Of a DNA stretch of 64,000 bases, positions 1-9,092 are shown in pieces. Both the position numbers and the translations under genes were made by a program. A model generated the notes under the pieces. It was not told where the DNA came from and searched no databases. It saw nothing but the letters and a program-made list of their open reading frames with translations. Position 1 is the first letter of the stretch. Every line of letters begins with the position of its first letter. This stretch comes from an uncultured delta proteobacterium (GTDB taxonomy: Bacteria; Desulfobacterota; Binatia; Binatales; Binataceae), in contig CAVTIS010000010.1 in assembly GCA_963734845.1 (NCBI GenBank), positions 28,795 through 92,794 on the forward strand, written 5' to 3'.

Positions 1-192
1 TGCGTCTGGTAACAGGTTCGTATATATACGCGACCTTGGCTCCGCCTTAAGGACTCCCGTCTGCCTAAAGATTCCTTCGAGCGCACGGTCGGCGGTTTTC
101 GCCGGCGCAGCGTTAGCGGTTCGGCAAACGATCACCGCGATCGCGAAGACCAGCGCGGCGCGGATTACGAAACCGAGAAACTTTGCAGGCAT
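1..192 (-). CDS. N-terminus of a probable secreted protein (runs off window start)
   Basis: ATG at 192; MPAKFLGFVIRAALVFAIAVIVCRTANAAPAK... has a signal-peptide pattern with an ANA|A cleavage site and stays open to the window edge; co-directional with metG. Confidence 0.5.
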   Translation of the reverse strand, partial: MPAKFLGFVIRAALVFAIAVIVCRTANAAPAKTADRALEGIFRQTGVLKAEPRSRIYTNLLPDA

Positions 193-220
193 AAGGAGCC
201 CACGCCCGGGCCCCCAACTC

Positions 221-1768
221 TCAGGTGCGTTCGGTCTTGTCGATCCGCGGAAAGAGCGCGACCGGCGGCTTGACGCGATCGCCTGGCTTGAGGCCCGCGC
301 CAAACGGCGCATCCGCCGCCGTTTCATCGACGCCGAGCAATTCAAGTAGCTTCGCGGCCTGACGCGGCATGAAGGGCTCCAGCGTGGCGGCGATCACGCG
401 CAACCCCTCGAGCAGGTTGACCAGTATCTGCGCAACGCGCGGCAGCCTGGCCGGGTCCTTGGCGAGCGTGAAGGGCGAGGTCGCGACGATATACTTGTTC
501 GCCGCATCCAGCACCTGCCAGACCGCGTCGAGTCCGCGATTGAACGCGAGCTCGTCCTCCTGGGCGCCGGCGCGCGCTGGCATCGCGCTAAACGCCTCGG
601 TCAGGGTGCGATCTATTTCCTCGCCGCCCGCGCCGGGCGTCGCCGTGATCTCGCCCTGGAAATACCGCGACGCCATCGCGAGCACCCGGCTGCTTAAATT
701 GCCGAGGTCGTTAGCCAGTTCCGCGTTGTAGCGCTCGACCAGCCGCTCCTCGGAAAAATCGCCGTCCAGGCCGTAGACCACTTCCCGCATCAGGAAATAG
801 CGCAGCACGTCGGCGCCGAAAGCCTGCTCGTACGAGACCGGGTCGCGCACGTTGCCCGAACTCTTGGACATCCGCGCGCCGGCAAAATTGAGCCATCCGT
901 GCACGTTAAGGTGCTTGAACAGCGGCAGCCCGGCCGCAAGCAGGATCGGCGGCCAGTACACCGCGTGGGTCTTAAGAATATCCTTGCCGATAAAATGCTC
1001 GGTGTGGGGCCACACCTTCTCGACGAAGTCGGGATCGTTGGTCGCCGGATGGCTCACGTATGCCCAGAACGCGTCGTACCAGACGTAAGTGACGTAGTTG
1101 GAATCGAACGGCAGCTCGATTCCCCAATCCAGCCGGGCCTTGGGCCGCGAGATGCAGAGATCGGTCAGCGGCTCGGAGAGCATGTTGAGCGCCTCTTTGC
1201 GGTAGCGCTCGGGCCGGATGAAATCGGGATTGCGCCGGATGTGCTCGAGCACCTGCTCGCGGTATTTCTCGATCCGCAGGAAGTAATTGCCCTCGCTGAT
1301 AAGCTCGACCGGGCGGTTGTGCGTGGGACAGACGTTGCCGGGCAGCAGTTCTTTTTCGGTATAGAAGCGCTCGCAATCGACGCAGTAGAGTCCCTCGTAG
1401 TCGCGAAAGTAGATGTCGCCGCGCGCGTGCGTGCGCCGCAACATCTCCTGCACCCACTTCTGATGGACCTCGTCGGTGGTGCGCACCCAATAATCGTAGC
1501 TGACGCCGAGGCCGCGGAACGCCTCGTCGAACAGCGCGCTCATCTTGTCGGTATAGGCCTGCGGTTTGAGCCCCTGGGCCAGCGCGGCGCGCCGAATCTT
1601 GTCGCCATGTTCGTCGGTGCCGCTTAAGAAGCTTACGTTTTCGCGCCCCAGCTTGCGCCGCTGGTAGCGCGCGAAAACGTCCGCCGCGAGCGCTTCATAG
1701 GCGCTGCCGACGTGCGGCGTGCCGTTGCAATAGAAAATCGCGGTCGTGATGTGAATGCGCTCAGCCAT
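221..1768 (-). CDS. metG: methionyl-tRNA synthetase (short form, no C-terminal tRNA-binding domain)
   Basis: TTAIFY..PHVGS (HIGH), GTDEHG, CxxC knuckle, YVWYDA, GKDI, RMSKS; likely start MAERIH at 1768. Confidence 0.96.
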   Translation of the reverse strand: MAERIHITTAIFYCNGTPHVGSAYEALAADVFARYQRRKLGRENVSFLSGTDEHGDKIRRAALAQGLKPQAYTDKMSALFDEAFRGLGVSYDYWVRTTDEVHQKWVQEMLRRTHARGDIYFRDYEGLYCVDCERFYTEKELLPGNVCPTHNRPVELISEGNYFLRIEKYREQVLEHIRRNPDFIRPERYRKEALNMLSEPLTDLCISRPKARLDWGIELPFDSNYVTYVWYDAFWAYVSHPATNDPDFVEKVWPHTEHFIGKDILKTHAVYWPPILLAAGLPLFKHLNVHGWLNFAGARMSKSSGNVRDPVSYEQAFGADVLRYFLMREVVYGLDGDFSEERLVERYNAELANDLGNLSSRVLAMASRYFQGEITATPGAGGEEIDRTLTEAFSAMPARAGAQEDELAFNRGLDAVWQVLDAANKYIVATSPFTLAKDPARLPRVAQILVNLLEGLRVIAATLEPFMPRQAAKLLELLGVDETAADAPFGAGLKPGDRVKPPVALFPRIDKTERT

Positions 1769-1859
1769 CTGCGGATGCGGTTTCCTGCCCCGATCCGCAC
1801 GCATCATGCACACGCGTGGGAAGCGGGCTTCCGATGCTACTGGTCCGGGACGGGGCGGC

Positions 1860-2711
1860 TCAAGCCTGCGGGCGCGCGTCCACCAGATCCTGCAGCGCGG
1901 CCTCGACCACTCCGCCGTCCTCGTCGCGCTGGATCAGTACCGTCTGCTTGAGGATGTTCTGGCGCAGCACCTTGCCGTCGCCCTTGACCGATTGCACGCG
2001 TTTGCCGACGTTGGGCAGGCCGCGCCGCAGTTCGAGGTAGGTCGAATACTCATAGCGCAGGCAGCATTTCAGCCGCCCGCACATCCCAGCCAGCCGCGAC
2101 GGATTGAGCGCGAGGCCCTGCTCGCGCGCCATCTTGACCGTGATCGCCTCGAAATCGCGCAGCCACGACGAGCAGCACAGCTCGCGCCCGCACGGGCCCA
2201 CCGCGCCCGTCACCTTGGTCTCATCGCGCGCGCCGATCTGTTTCATCTCGACCCGCACGCGCAGCGTGTTGGCGAGGTCGCGCACCAAGTCACGAAAATC
2301 GATTCGGTTCTCGGCGGTGAAATAGAACACCGCCTTGCGCCCGTCGAGCATGTAATCGACGCTGATAAGCTTCATCGTCAGGTTACGCTCGCGGATGCGA
2401 TGCAGGCACAAGCGCCGCGCCGCCGCCTCGCGGTCGATATTTTCCGTCTCGTTATCGACATCGCCCGCTTCGGCCAGCCGCAGCACCGGGCGGAGCGTGC
2501 GCAGGTCGAGCGTGCGCGCCGGTTCATGCGGCTCCGCCTCGACGGTCCCGATCCGTACGCCGGCCTCGCCCTCGACCACCACGCGGTCGCCGCGCTTGAG
2601 CGTCAGGCCGCCGGCCAGGAAATTGTACAGGTGGCCGATCGCAAGAAAGCTGACCGCGACAATCCGCGGCAGTTCCGGAGCGCCTGCGAACGGGTCGATC
2701 TGGTCGGACAC
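1860..2711 (-). CDS. ricT: PSP1/RicT (YaaT) family Fe-S regulatory protein
   Basis: FYFTAENRIDFRDLVRDL, GPCGRELCC, LAGMCGRLKCCLRYE; GTG start overlaps the holB stop; classic tmk-holB-ricT-metG order. Confidence 0.92.
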   Translation of the reverse strand: MSDQIDPFAGAPELPRIVAVSFLAIGHLYNFLAGGLTLKRGDRVVVEGEAGVRIGTVEAEPHEPARTLDLRTLRPVLRLAEAGDVDNETENIDREAAARRLCLHRIRERNLTMKLISVDYMLDGRKAVFYFTAENRIDFRDLVRDLANTLRVRVEMKQIGARDETKVTGAVGPCGRELCCSSWLRDFEAITVKMAREQGLALNPSRLAGMCGRLKCCLRYEYSTYLELRRGLPNVGKRVQSVKGDGKVLRQNILKQTVLIQRDEDGGVVEAALQDLVDARPQA

Positions 2712-3793
2712 TACTGGCTCCTTAATGCGTCGCCCACCGTCATCCACCATTGCTCGGCCTGCATGCGCGGATTCGCCATCTCATTGATCGCGCCGGCCGC
2801 CTCGACCGCGCCTTTCAGGCTCACAAGCAGCGCGTCGAGGGCAAAACCTTCGGCCATCTTTGTCATCGTGGCGGTGACTTCGGGCGCCGCCGCGGCCGGC
2901 GGCGTCCGCAGCAACTTGAGACACAGTATTTCCTCAAGCACCCGCGCGATCAACTCGAAGTTCTCGGCCGCCTGCTCGCGGCTGGCGAAAAATTCCTGCG
3001 CCAGCGCCTGGGCCTGGGCGAAGTCCAGGCGCCGCGCTCCGCCGAGCGCGCCCAACAACTCGCGGATCGGCGGCTCGGCGCCGTCCGCCAGCTTAAGGGC
3101 GCGGCCGGCGCTCCCGCGCCCCAGGCGCGCGAGCGCCCCGGCGCGCTCGGCGTCCACGCCGGCGCGCGCGCTTACGATTGCCTCGATATCGCCCACGTCC
3201 AGCGGCGCGAAACGCACCAGCCGCAGGCGCGAGCGTACCGTGTCGAGCAGCGCGCGCTCGCTCTCGGCGACCATGAAGATGATCGCATGGCCGGGCGGTT
3301 CCTCCAGCGTCTTGAGCAGCGCATTCTGGGCCGGGATGCCGAGCGTCTCGGCGTCGTCGATAATCGCCACGCGCCGTGCGCCGCGGCTTGGCCGCGTGCC
3401 CAGCCGCGCGATCAGCTGGCGCACCTGCTCGATCAGCACCTCGCTTCGGCCTTCGGCGCGCGCAAGGCCGGTGAAGTCCGGATGCATCCCGCCCGCGACC
3501 TGCACGCACGACGCGCAACACTCGCATCGCGCCGCCGCGCTCGCGCCCGCTGCGGCGCGGCCTCGACGAGCCGATTTTCCCGCCTCGCGCACAGGGCAAT
3601 TCTCCACCCGGCAACAGAAGCCGGGACCGGGCGCGCGTTCGCACAAGAGCGCATGCGCGAAGCCGCGCGCTACCATCGCCTTGCCCACCCCGCGTGGGCC
3701 CGCCAGCAGGTAGGCATGAGAAGGACGGGAGAGAAGTTCGGCGTTCAGCCGCTCGATCGTTTCGCGATTGCCGCGCACGCCGTCGAGCGGCAT
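2711..3793 (-). CDS. holB: DNA polymerase III delta-prime subunit
   Basis: HAYLLAGPRGVGK, HPDF, AQNALLKTLEEPP, TVRSR; position after tmk. Confidence 0.93.
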   Translation of the reverse strand: MPLDGVRGNRETIERLNAELLSRPSHAYLLAGPRGVGKAMVARGFAHALLCERAPGPGFCCRVENCPVREAGKSARRGRAAAGASAAARCECCASCVQVAGGMHPDFTGLARAEGRSEVLIEQVRQLIARLGTRPSRGARRVAIIDDAETLGIPAQNALLKTLEEPPGHAIIFMVAESERALLDTVRSRLRLVRFAPLDVGDIEAIVSARAGVDAERAGALARLGRGSAGRALKLADGAEPPIRELLGALGGARRLDFAQAQALAQEFFASREQAAENFELIARVLEEILCLKLLRTPPAAAAPEVTATMTKMAEGFALDALLVSLKGAVEAAGAINEMANPRMQAEQWWMTVGDALRSQ

Positions 3794-4431
3794 CAGTGGC
3801 CCACCAACCGCTCGACCGCGATCAAGATCTCGGTGCTGACGGTGGCAAGCTCGCGCGTAGAGTCGATGACCGTGACCCGGGCCGGCTCGGCGCGCGCGAT
3901 AGTCATGAAGCCCTCGCGCACCCGGCGATGGAATTCCACCTGCTCGCCCTCAAAACGGTCGTAGCCGCGCACGTCGCCGCGCGCGCGGGCGCGCGTGCGC
4001 ACCAGGCCGATCTCAACCGGACAGTCGAGTACGATCGTGAGCGCGGGCCGGATACCGTCGCTGGCGAGCCGGTTGAGCTCATCAACCAGCTTGAGATCGA
4101 AGCCGCGGCCATGGCCCTGGTAGGCAGTGGTCGAATCGGAGTAACGGTCGGATATAACGATCTCGCCCGCTTCCAGAGCGGGGCGCAATTTTTCACGCAC
4201 GTGCTGCGCGCGGTCGGCCAGCACCAGCAAAAGCTCGGAGGCAACGCCCAGCGAGACCGCCGGATCGAGGAAGATCGCGCGGATCGCCTCGCCCGCGCGC
4301 GTGCCACCGGGCTCGTGGGTGAGCGTCACGTGCCGGCCGCGCCGGCGCAGTTCGTCGGCCAAAATCGCCGCCTGGGTGGTCTTGCCCGAGCCCTCGACGC
4401 CCTCGAGCGTGATGAAGATACCGGCCGCCAT
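3793..4431 (-). CDS. tmk: thymidylate kinase
   Basis: FITLEGVEGSGKTTQ P-loop, EPGG, SDRY..S..AYQG. Confidence 0.97.
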   Translation of the reverse strand: MAAGIFITLEGVEGSGKTTQAAILADELRRRGRHVTLTHEPGGTRAGEAIRAIFLDPAVSLGVASELLLVLADRAQHVREKLRPALEAGEIVISDRYSDSTTAYQGHGRGFDLKLVDELNRLASDGIRPALTIVLDCPVEIGLVRTRARARGDVRGYDRFEGEQVEFHRRVREGFMTIARAEPARVTVIDSTRELATVSTEILIAVERLVGH

Positions 4432-5447
4432 CAGCGCGATAGATACCAGCTTGCCAGCTGTGGTTGAAAGAGCGCGTAGAAACCGGCCGCGATCGACAGG
4501 AAGGGTCCGAACGGCACCGCGGTCGCGAGCAGCGCGTGCTCCTCGTTTTCCGCTGCCGCACTGTCGGGCGCCCGCGAATCGATTGATACCGCCGCTGGCT
4601 CGTCGGCCTGTGATACCGCCGCTCGCTCGTCGGCTTGTGATACCGCCGCTGGCTCGTCGGCCTGTGATACCGCCGCTACCGCTTCGGCTCGCATACCGGC
4701 GGCGCTGGCCGCTGTGGACGCCGGAGGAGAGACAGTCTCACGCATGCCCGGCGGCAATTCGGGCGCGTCTGTGGGAGTTCCGAACAGTCCGATCGCGAGC
4801 CCGCCAAACGATCCCAGGAGCGCACCAAAGAACAGCGTGAACAGCACGCCCTGCCATCCCAGGAACGCGCCCACCATCGCGAGCAAAAATACGTCGCCCA
4901 GGCCTACGCCCTCCTGTTTGCGCACCAGCTGGTAAACATAGCCGGTCACGAACAAGACCCCGCCGCCGGCGGCTATCCCGATGAGCGAGCTTTTCCATCC
5001 GACCTCCGGCATGAATAGCGCGGCCAGCACAAAACCAACCGGAACGCCGGGAAACGTGATCAGGTTCGGGATAAGCCGCCAGTCGTAATCGACCAGCGAG
5101 GAGATGAGCAGCGCGGTGATAAAGATGAAGCGCGAAACGGCGTCGCCCAGCGGAAAATTCGCGAACAGGTAGAGCGCGGCCAGCGCGAGCGCAAGTTCGC
5201 CGCCGAGATGGCGCGCGCGAATCGGCGCCCCGCACATCACGCAGCGCCCGCGTGTGGCGAGGTAGGCGAAGATCGGGACGTTGGCCCACCACGGGACCGG
5301 ACGCTCGCAGCTTTCGCAGAATGACCGCGGCGTCGCGATCGAGATGTCGCGCGGCAGACGATAAGCGACCGTCACCGCAAAGCTGCCCACGCACGCTCCC
5401 AGGGCCAGCGCTGCCACATCGCCAATAATCGCAGGAACCTGTTCCAT
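4431..5447 (-). CDS. pilD: type IV prepilin peptidase / N-methyltransferase
   Basis: GSF..V.YRLP, two CxxC pairs, VDY..RLIP, GLGD, VPFGPFL; long low-complexity insert before the last TM. Confidence 0.93.
   Translation of the reverse strand: MEQVPAIIGDVAALALGACVGSFAVTVAYRLPRDISIATPRSFCESCERPVPWWANVPIFAYLATRGRCVMCGAPIRARHLGGELALALAALYLFANFPLGDAVSRFIFITALLISSLVDYDWRLIPNLITFPGVPVGFVLAALFMPEVGWKSSLIGIAAGGGVLFVTGYVYQLVRKQEGVGLGDVFLLAMVGAFLGWQGVLFTLFFGALLGSFGGLAIGLFGTPTDAPELPPGMRETVSPPASTAASAAGMRAEAVAAVSQADEPAAVSQADERAAVSQADEPAAVSIDSRAPDSAAAENEEHALLATAVPFGPFLSIAAGFYALFQPQLASWYLSR
4584..4677. repeat. 27-bp tandem repeat (3.5 copies) inside pilD encoding AAVSQADEP/R
   Basis: TGATACCGCCGCTGGCTCGTCGGCCTG starting at 4584, 4611 (variant) and 4638, partial copy at 4665. 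Confidence 0.9.
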
Positions 5448-5619
5448 CGCCCCCCGTCCTGATCTTCCGCATCCGCCGCCGGGTATTTTATGGTTCCCGC
5501 GCGCGCGCCGCCAGCAGCAGCGCCCCGTGTCGCTGGCACCGCGCGCGTTCCCATCGCGCGGCTAATTCGCTATGGTTCGGCCAAACTGCGCGCGCCAAAC
5601 TGCGTCGGCACGGCTAACG

Positions 5620-6222
5620 ATGCAACAGGAACCCCTGGAATTCTGGTTCGAGTTCGCCAGCACCTACTCATATCTCGCGGCTTCACGAATCGAAGAGGCC
5701 GCGGCCGCCGCCGGCGTGCGGGTGCGATGGCGTCCGTTTCTGCTCGGCCCGATTTTCGTGTCTCAAGGATGGGGCGATTCGCCATTCAACATCTATCCTT
5801 TGAAAGGCCGCTACATGTGGCGCGACATGGAGCGGCTGTGCGAGAAATACGAACTGCCGTTTCGTCGCCCGCGCAAGTTTCCGCGCAGCGGACTGCTCGC
5901 CGCGCGCGTCGCCTGCATGGCGGCCGAAGAGCCCTGGTGCCCGCGCTTCGTGCGCGCCGTCTATCGCGCCAACTTTGCCGAGGACCGCGAGATTTCGCAG
6001 ACCGAGACCATCGCGGAGATCCTCGCCACCGTCGGCCAGTCTCCGCGCGAGGTGCTCACGCGCGCGGAATCGCCGGAGAACAAGCAGCGTCTGCGCGAGC
6101 AGAATCAGTGGGCAGTCGTGCATGGCATCTTCGGCGCGCCGACGATGCTCGCCGGCAAGGAACTGTTCTGGGGTAACGACCGCCTCGAAGACGCGATCGC
6201 ATTTCACCTGCGCTCGCAATAG
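5620..6222 (+). CDS. 2-hydroxychromene-2-carboxylate isomerase / DsbA-like (GST-kappa) protein
   Basis: EFWFEFASTYSYL, GIFGAPT...ELFWGNDRL. Confidence 0.88.
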   Translation: MQQEPLEFWFEFASTYSYLAASRIEEAAAAAGVRVRWRPFLLGPIFVSQGWGDSPFNIYPLKGRYMWRDMERLCEKYELPFRRPRKFPRSGLLAARVACMAAEEPWCPRFVRAVYRANFAEDREISQTETIAEILATVGQSPREVLTRAESPENKQRLREQNQWAVVHGIFGAPTMLAGKELFWGNDRLEDAIAFHLRSQ

Positions 6223-6250
6223 ATCGACGCCAGGTAGCTGCGCGCGCTCG

Positions 6251-7084
6251 TCAGCGCTGGCAGTGCGGGCAGAAAAAACTCGCGCGCTGGCCGACCGTGA
6301 CGTTGCGAATCGCGCTTTTGCACACACGGCACGGCTCACCCTCGCGCCCATAGACCATCAGGCGCGCGGCGAAGCGTCCCGGCTGCCCTTCCGAGTCGCG
6401 ATAGCTACGAAAGGTGGTGCCATGGCTGCCGATCGCCGCGCGCAGGATCGGCGCGGTCGTGGCCACGATACGTTCAATTTCTTTGCGCGTGACCTTTGCG
6501 GCGCGGCGCGTCGGCCGCACCCCTGCGCGGAACAGAATCTCGGAGGCGTAGATGTTGCCGATTCCAGCGACCACGCGCTGATCCATGATGAGGTTCTTGA
6601 TTGCGGCGCGCCGTCCACGCGCCATCCGCGCAAGGTACTCCGCATTGAAGGCAGCACCGAGCGGCTCGGGGCCGAGCCCCGCCAGCTCGGGCGCCTCGGC
6701 GAGACCGCCGCGCACGACCAACCGGATGAGTCCGAAGCGGCGCGGATCGTTGTAGACCAGGCGCGTGCGGTCGTCGAGCGCGAACTCGACGTGGTCGTGG
6801 CGCGCGGCGAATTCGGCGTCATCGAAATCTTTGCCGCGATGAGTCAGGCTTCCGCTCATTCCCAGATGCACGATCATCGCGGCGCCGTCGCTAAGTTCGA
6901 TGATTAGATACTTGGCGCGGCGGCCCAGGCGCTCGATACGCCGGCCCTCGACGCCGGCCGCAAAGTCGTGCGCCATCTTGCGTCGCAGACGCGGCTCCGC
7001 AACACGGGCGCGCTCGATCGTGCGGCCGACCGCCGAACGGGCGAGGATGCGGCGCAGCGATTCGACCTCGGGCAACTCAGGCAT
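6251..7084 (-). CDS. mutM: formamidopyrimidine-DNA glycosylase
   Basis: MPELPEVE, HLGMSG, GIGNIYASE, C-terminal zinc finger (CRVC...CPHCQ). Confidence 0.97.
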   Translation of the reverse strand: MPELPEVESLRRILARSAVGRTIERARVAEPRLRRKMAHDFAAGVEGRRIERLGRRAKYLIIELSDGAAMIVHLGMSGSLTHRGKDFDDAEFAARHDHVEFALDDRTRLVYNDPRRFGLIRLVVRGGLAEAPELAGLGPEPLGAAFNAEYLARMARGRRAAIKNLIMDQRVVAGIGNIYASEILFRAGVRPTRRAAKVTRKEIERIVATTAPILRAAIGSHGTTFRSYRDSEGQPGRFAARLMVYGREGEPCRVCKSAIRNVTVGQRASFFCPHCQR

Positions 7085-8021
7085 CGCGGCGCTCCCTCGC
7101 CCCTGGCGTGGACGCGATCGCGCCGGCGCGTTCGAGCGCGTGAGCCAGGCGCACGAAGTCGGCTACCGAGAGCGTGGCCGGCCGCGCAACCGGATCGATC
7201 GCGGCGTCGGCGAGCGCGACGATGACAGCTTCGGGGGTGGCGTCCAGCGCGCCGGCGAGCGCATTACGGATGGTTTTGCGCGGGGCGGAAAACGCGGCGC
7301 GAATTGTGCCGAGCAGCGCGGCTTCATCGGCGGGTGCAAACGGCGCGCGTGCATGCGGCGTGAAAACGATAACTTCAGCGTCGACGCGCGGCGCGGGGCG
7401 GAAATTGCCTGCCGAGACGCGGAAATGATCGCGCGTCTCCCAATAGAGCGCGGTGAAAACGCTCAGCGCCGAGTATGCGCGTTCGCCCGTATGCGCGCGG
7501 ATACGCTCGGCGACCTCGCGTTGAAACATCAGGACCATCCGTCCAATAGCGCCACGCATCTCGTCGAGCCGGCGCAAGATCGCGCCTGCCGCGTTGAACG
7601 GCAGATTGCCGATCACCTTGACCGGTGGCCGCTCGACCATCGCCGCGAGTTCGACTTCAAGGAAATCACGGCATACGACGCGCACGGCGGGATGTCCCGC
7701 GAACGCGCTTTGAAGGCGTTCCGCAAGTCGAGGGTCAAGTTCGACCAGCCATAGCCGGCGCACTCCGGCGCGCAAAATCTTGTCGCTCAGGATCCCCAGT
7801 CCGGGACCGACCTCGACCACTTCCTCGCCAGGCTCGATCGCCGCCGCGGCGACGATTCGGTCGGCGATTGCAGGCTGGATTAGGAAATTCTGGCCGCGCG
7901 ATTTGCGCGGCCGCACGCCGGCGGCTTGGAGCTCGGCGGCGACCGCTAACGGCGACGTACGCCCGGCCTTGGCAGCCTCGGTATCGGCTCGCCGGGCACG
8001 TATCAATCGCGGCGTCCCCAT
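7077..8021 (-). CDS. rsmA: 16S rRNA m6,2A dimethyltransferase (KsgA)
   Basis: GQNFL, EVGPGLG, GNLPFN, MFQREVAER, FRPAPRVD. Confidence 0.95.
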   Translation of the reverse strand: MGTPRLIRARRADTEAAKAGRTSPLAVAAELQAAGVRPRKSRGQNFLIQPAIADRIVAAAAIEPGEEVVEVGPGLGILSDKILRAGVRRLWLVELDPRLAERLQSAFAGHPAVRVVCRDFLEVELAAMVERPPVKVIGNLPFNAAGAILRRLDEMRGAIGRMVLMFQREVAERIRAHTGERAYSALSVFTALYWETRDHFRVSAGNFRPAPRVDAEVIVFTPHARAPFAPADEAALLGTIRAAFSAPRKTIRNALAGALDATPEAVIVALADAAIDPVARPATLSVADFVRLAHALERAGAIASTPGARERRDA

Positions 8022-8034
8022 CGCCTGACTGCGC

Positions 8035-9039
8035 CTACAGGGAAAGAGAGGCCTCGGCGTCGATGCCGAAGGAATCGCGCTCGCCGCGCAACAGCCGATA
8101 ACTTCCGGCCATCGCGATCATCGCCGCGTTGTCGGTACAGAACTTGAGCGACGGCGCGATGACCTCGCGGCCTTCGGCAGCCGCCGCTTCGGTGAGGCGC
8201 TCGCGCAGGCGCGAGTTGGCCGCGACACCGCCGGTGAGCGCGATTACCTCGATGCCGGTCTCGCGCGCCGCGTGCATCGCCGGTCCCACCAGCATATCGA
8301 CCACCGCCTCCTGGAAGCTCGCCGCCAGGTCTTCGCGCGATAGCGCGGCGCCGGCCTCTGTGCGCAGCAGCGTCGCGATCGCGGTTTTTACTCCGCTGAA
8401 ACTGAAATCGAGCGGCGCGCCGCGTACGTGGGCGCGCGGAATCCGCACGCGCTTGCGGTTCCCACGCCGCGCCAGCTCGTCGATTATCCGCCCACCCGGA
8501 TAGCCGAGGCCCATCAGCTTGGCCACCTTGTCGAACGCCTCGCCGGCGGCGTCGTCGCGGGTGCGGCCCAACCGGCGATAACGACCGAAGTCTTCGACCA
8601 CGAAGAGTTCGGTATGCCCGCCCGACACGACCAGCGCCAGAAACGGCATCGCCGGGCGATGCTCCAGCAGCGGCGCGAGCAAATGCCCTTCGATATGATT
8701 CACCCCGGCCATCGCGATCCCAAGGCTCTGCGCGAGCCCCTTCGCGCACATCAGGCCGACCAGCAACGAGCCGACCAATCCCGGACCGCGCGTCACCGCG
8801 ACCCCGCCGATATCGCCGAGCGCGCATCCCGCGGTCTCCAGCGCCTGCTCAATTACGGGCAGGATAGTGACGACGTGATTGCGCGAGGCGAGTTCCGGCA
8901 CCACGCCGCCATAGCGACGATGGATTTCGTCCTGGTTGGCGATGACGCTGGAACGGATGGTGACGACACCGGGGCGCGTCGTTTCGATAACCGCCGCGGC
9001 CGCATCGTCACACGACGACTCGATTCCCAAAATCAGCAT
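8035..9039 (-). CDS. tsaD: tRNA N6-threonylcarbamoyltransferase
   Basis: LGIESSCDD, GGVVPELASR.H, NHIEGH, SGGHT, DDAAGEAFDK, CTDNAAMIA. Confidence 0.97.
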   Translation of the reverse strand: MLILGIESSCDDAAAAVIETTRPGVVTIRSSVIANQDEIHRRYGGVVPELASRNHVVTILPVIEQALETAGCALGDIGGVAVTRGPGLVGSLLVGLMCAKGLAQSLGIAMAGVNHIEGHLLAPLLEHRPAMPFLALVVSGGHTELFVVEDFGRYRRLGRTRDDAAGEAFDKVAKLMGLGYPGGRIIDELARRGNRKRVRIPRAHVRGAPLDFSFSGVKTAIATLLRTEAGAALSREDLAASFQEAVVDMLVGPAMHAARETGIEVIALTGGVAANSRLRERLTEAAAAEGREVIAPSLKFCTDNAAMIAMAGSYRLLRGERDSFGIDAEASLSL

Positions 9040-9092
9040 TGGTTCACTGTTTCACTGTTTCACAGCTTCGCTGATTGCTATGCGTGCCCGCG

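Noticed and set aside
1690-1720. MetG HIGH motif reading HVGS, and KMSKS reading RMSKS
   Set aside because: Within known variation of class I synthetase motifs; all other MetRS motifs are intact
1755-3964. Long plus-strand ORFs (652 aa, 404 aa) and many similar antisense ORFs across the window
   Set aside because: Shadow frames of well-supported genes on the opposite strand; expected in high-GC DNA and without motifs
4584-4677. 27-bp repeats as a possible mini-CRISPR
   Set aside because: Head-to-tail with no spacers, in frame inside pilD, and no cas genes
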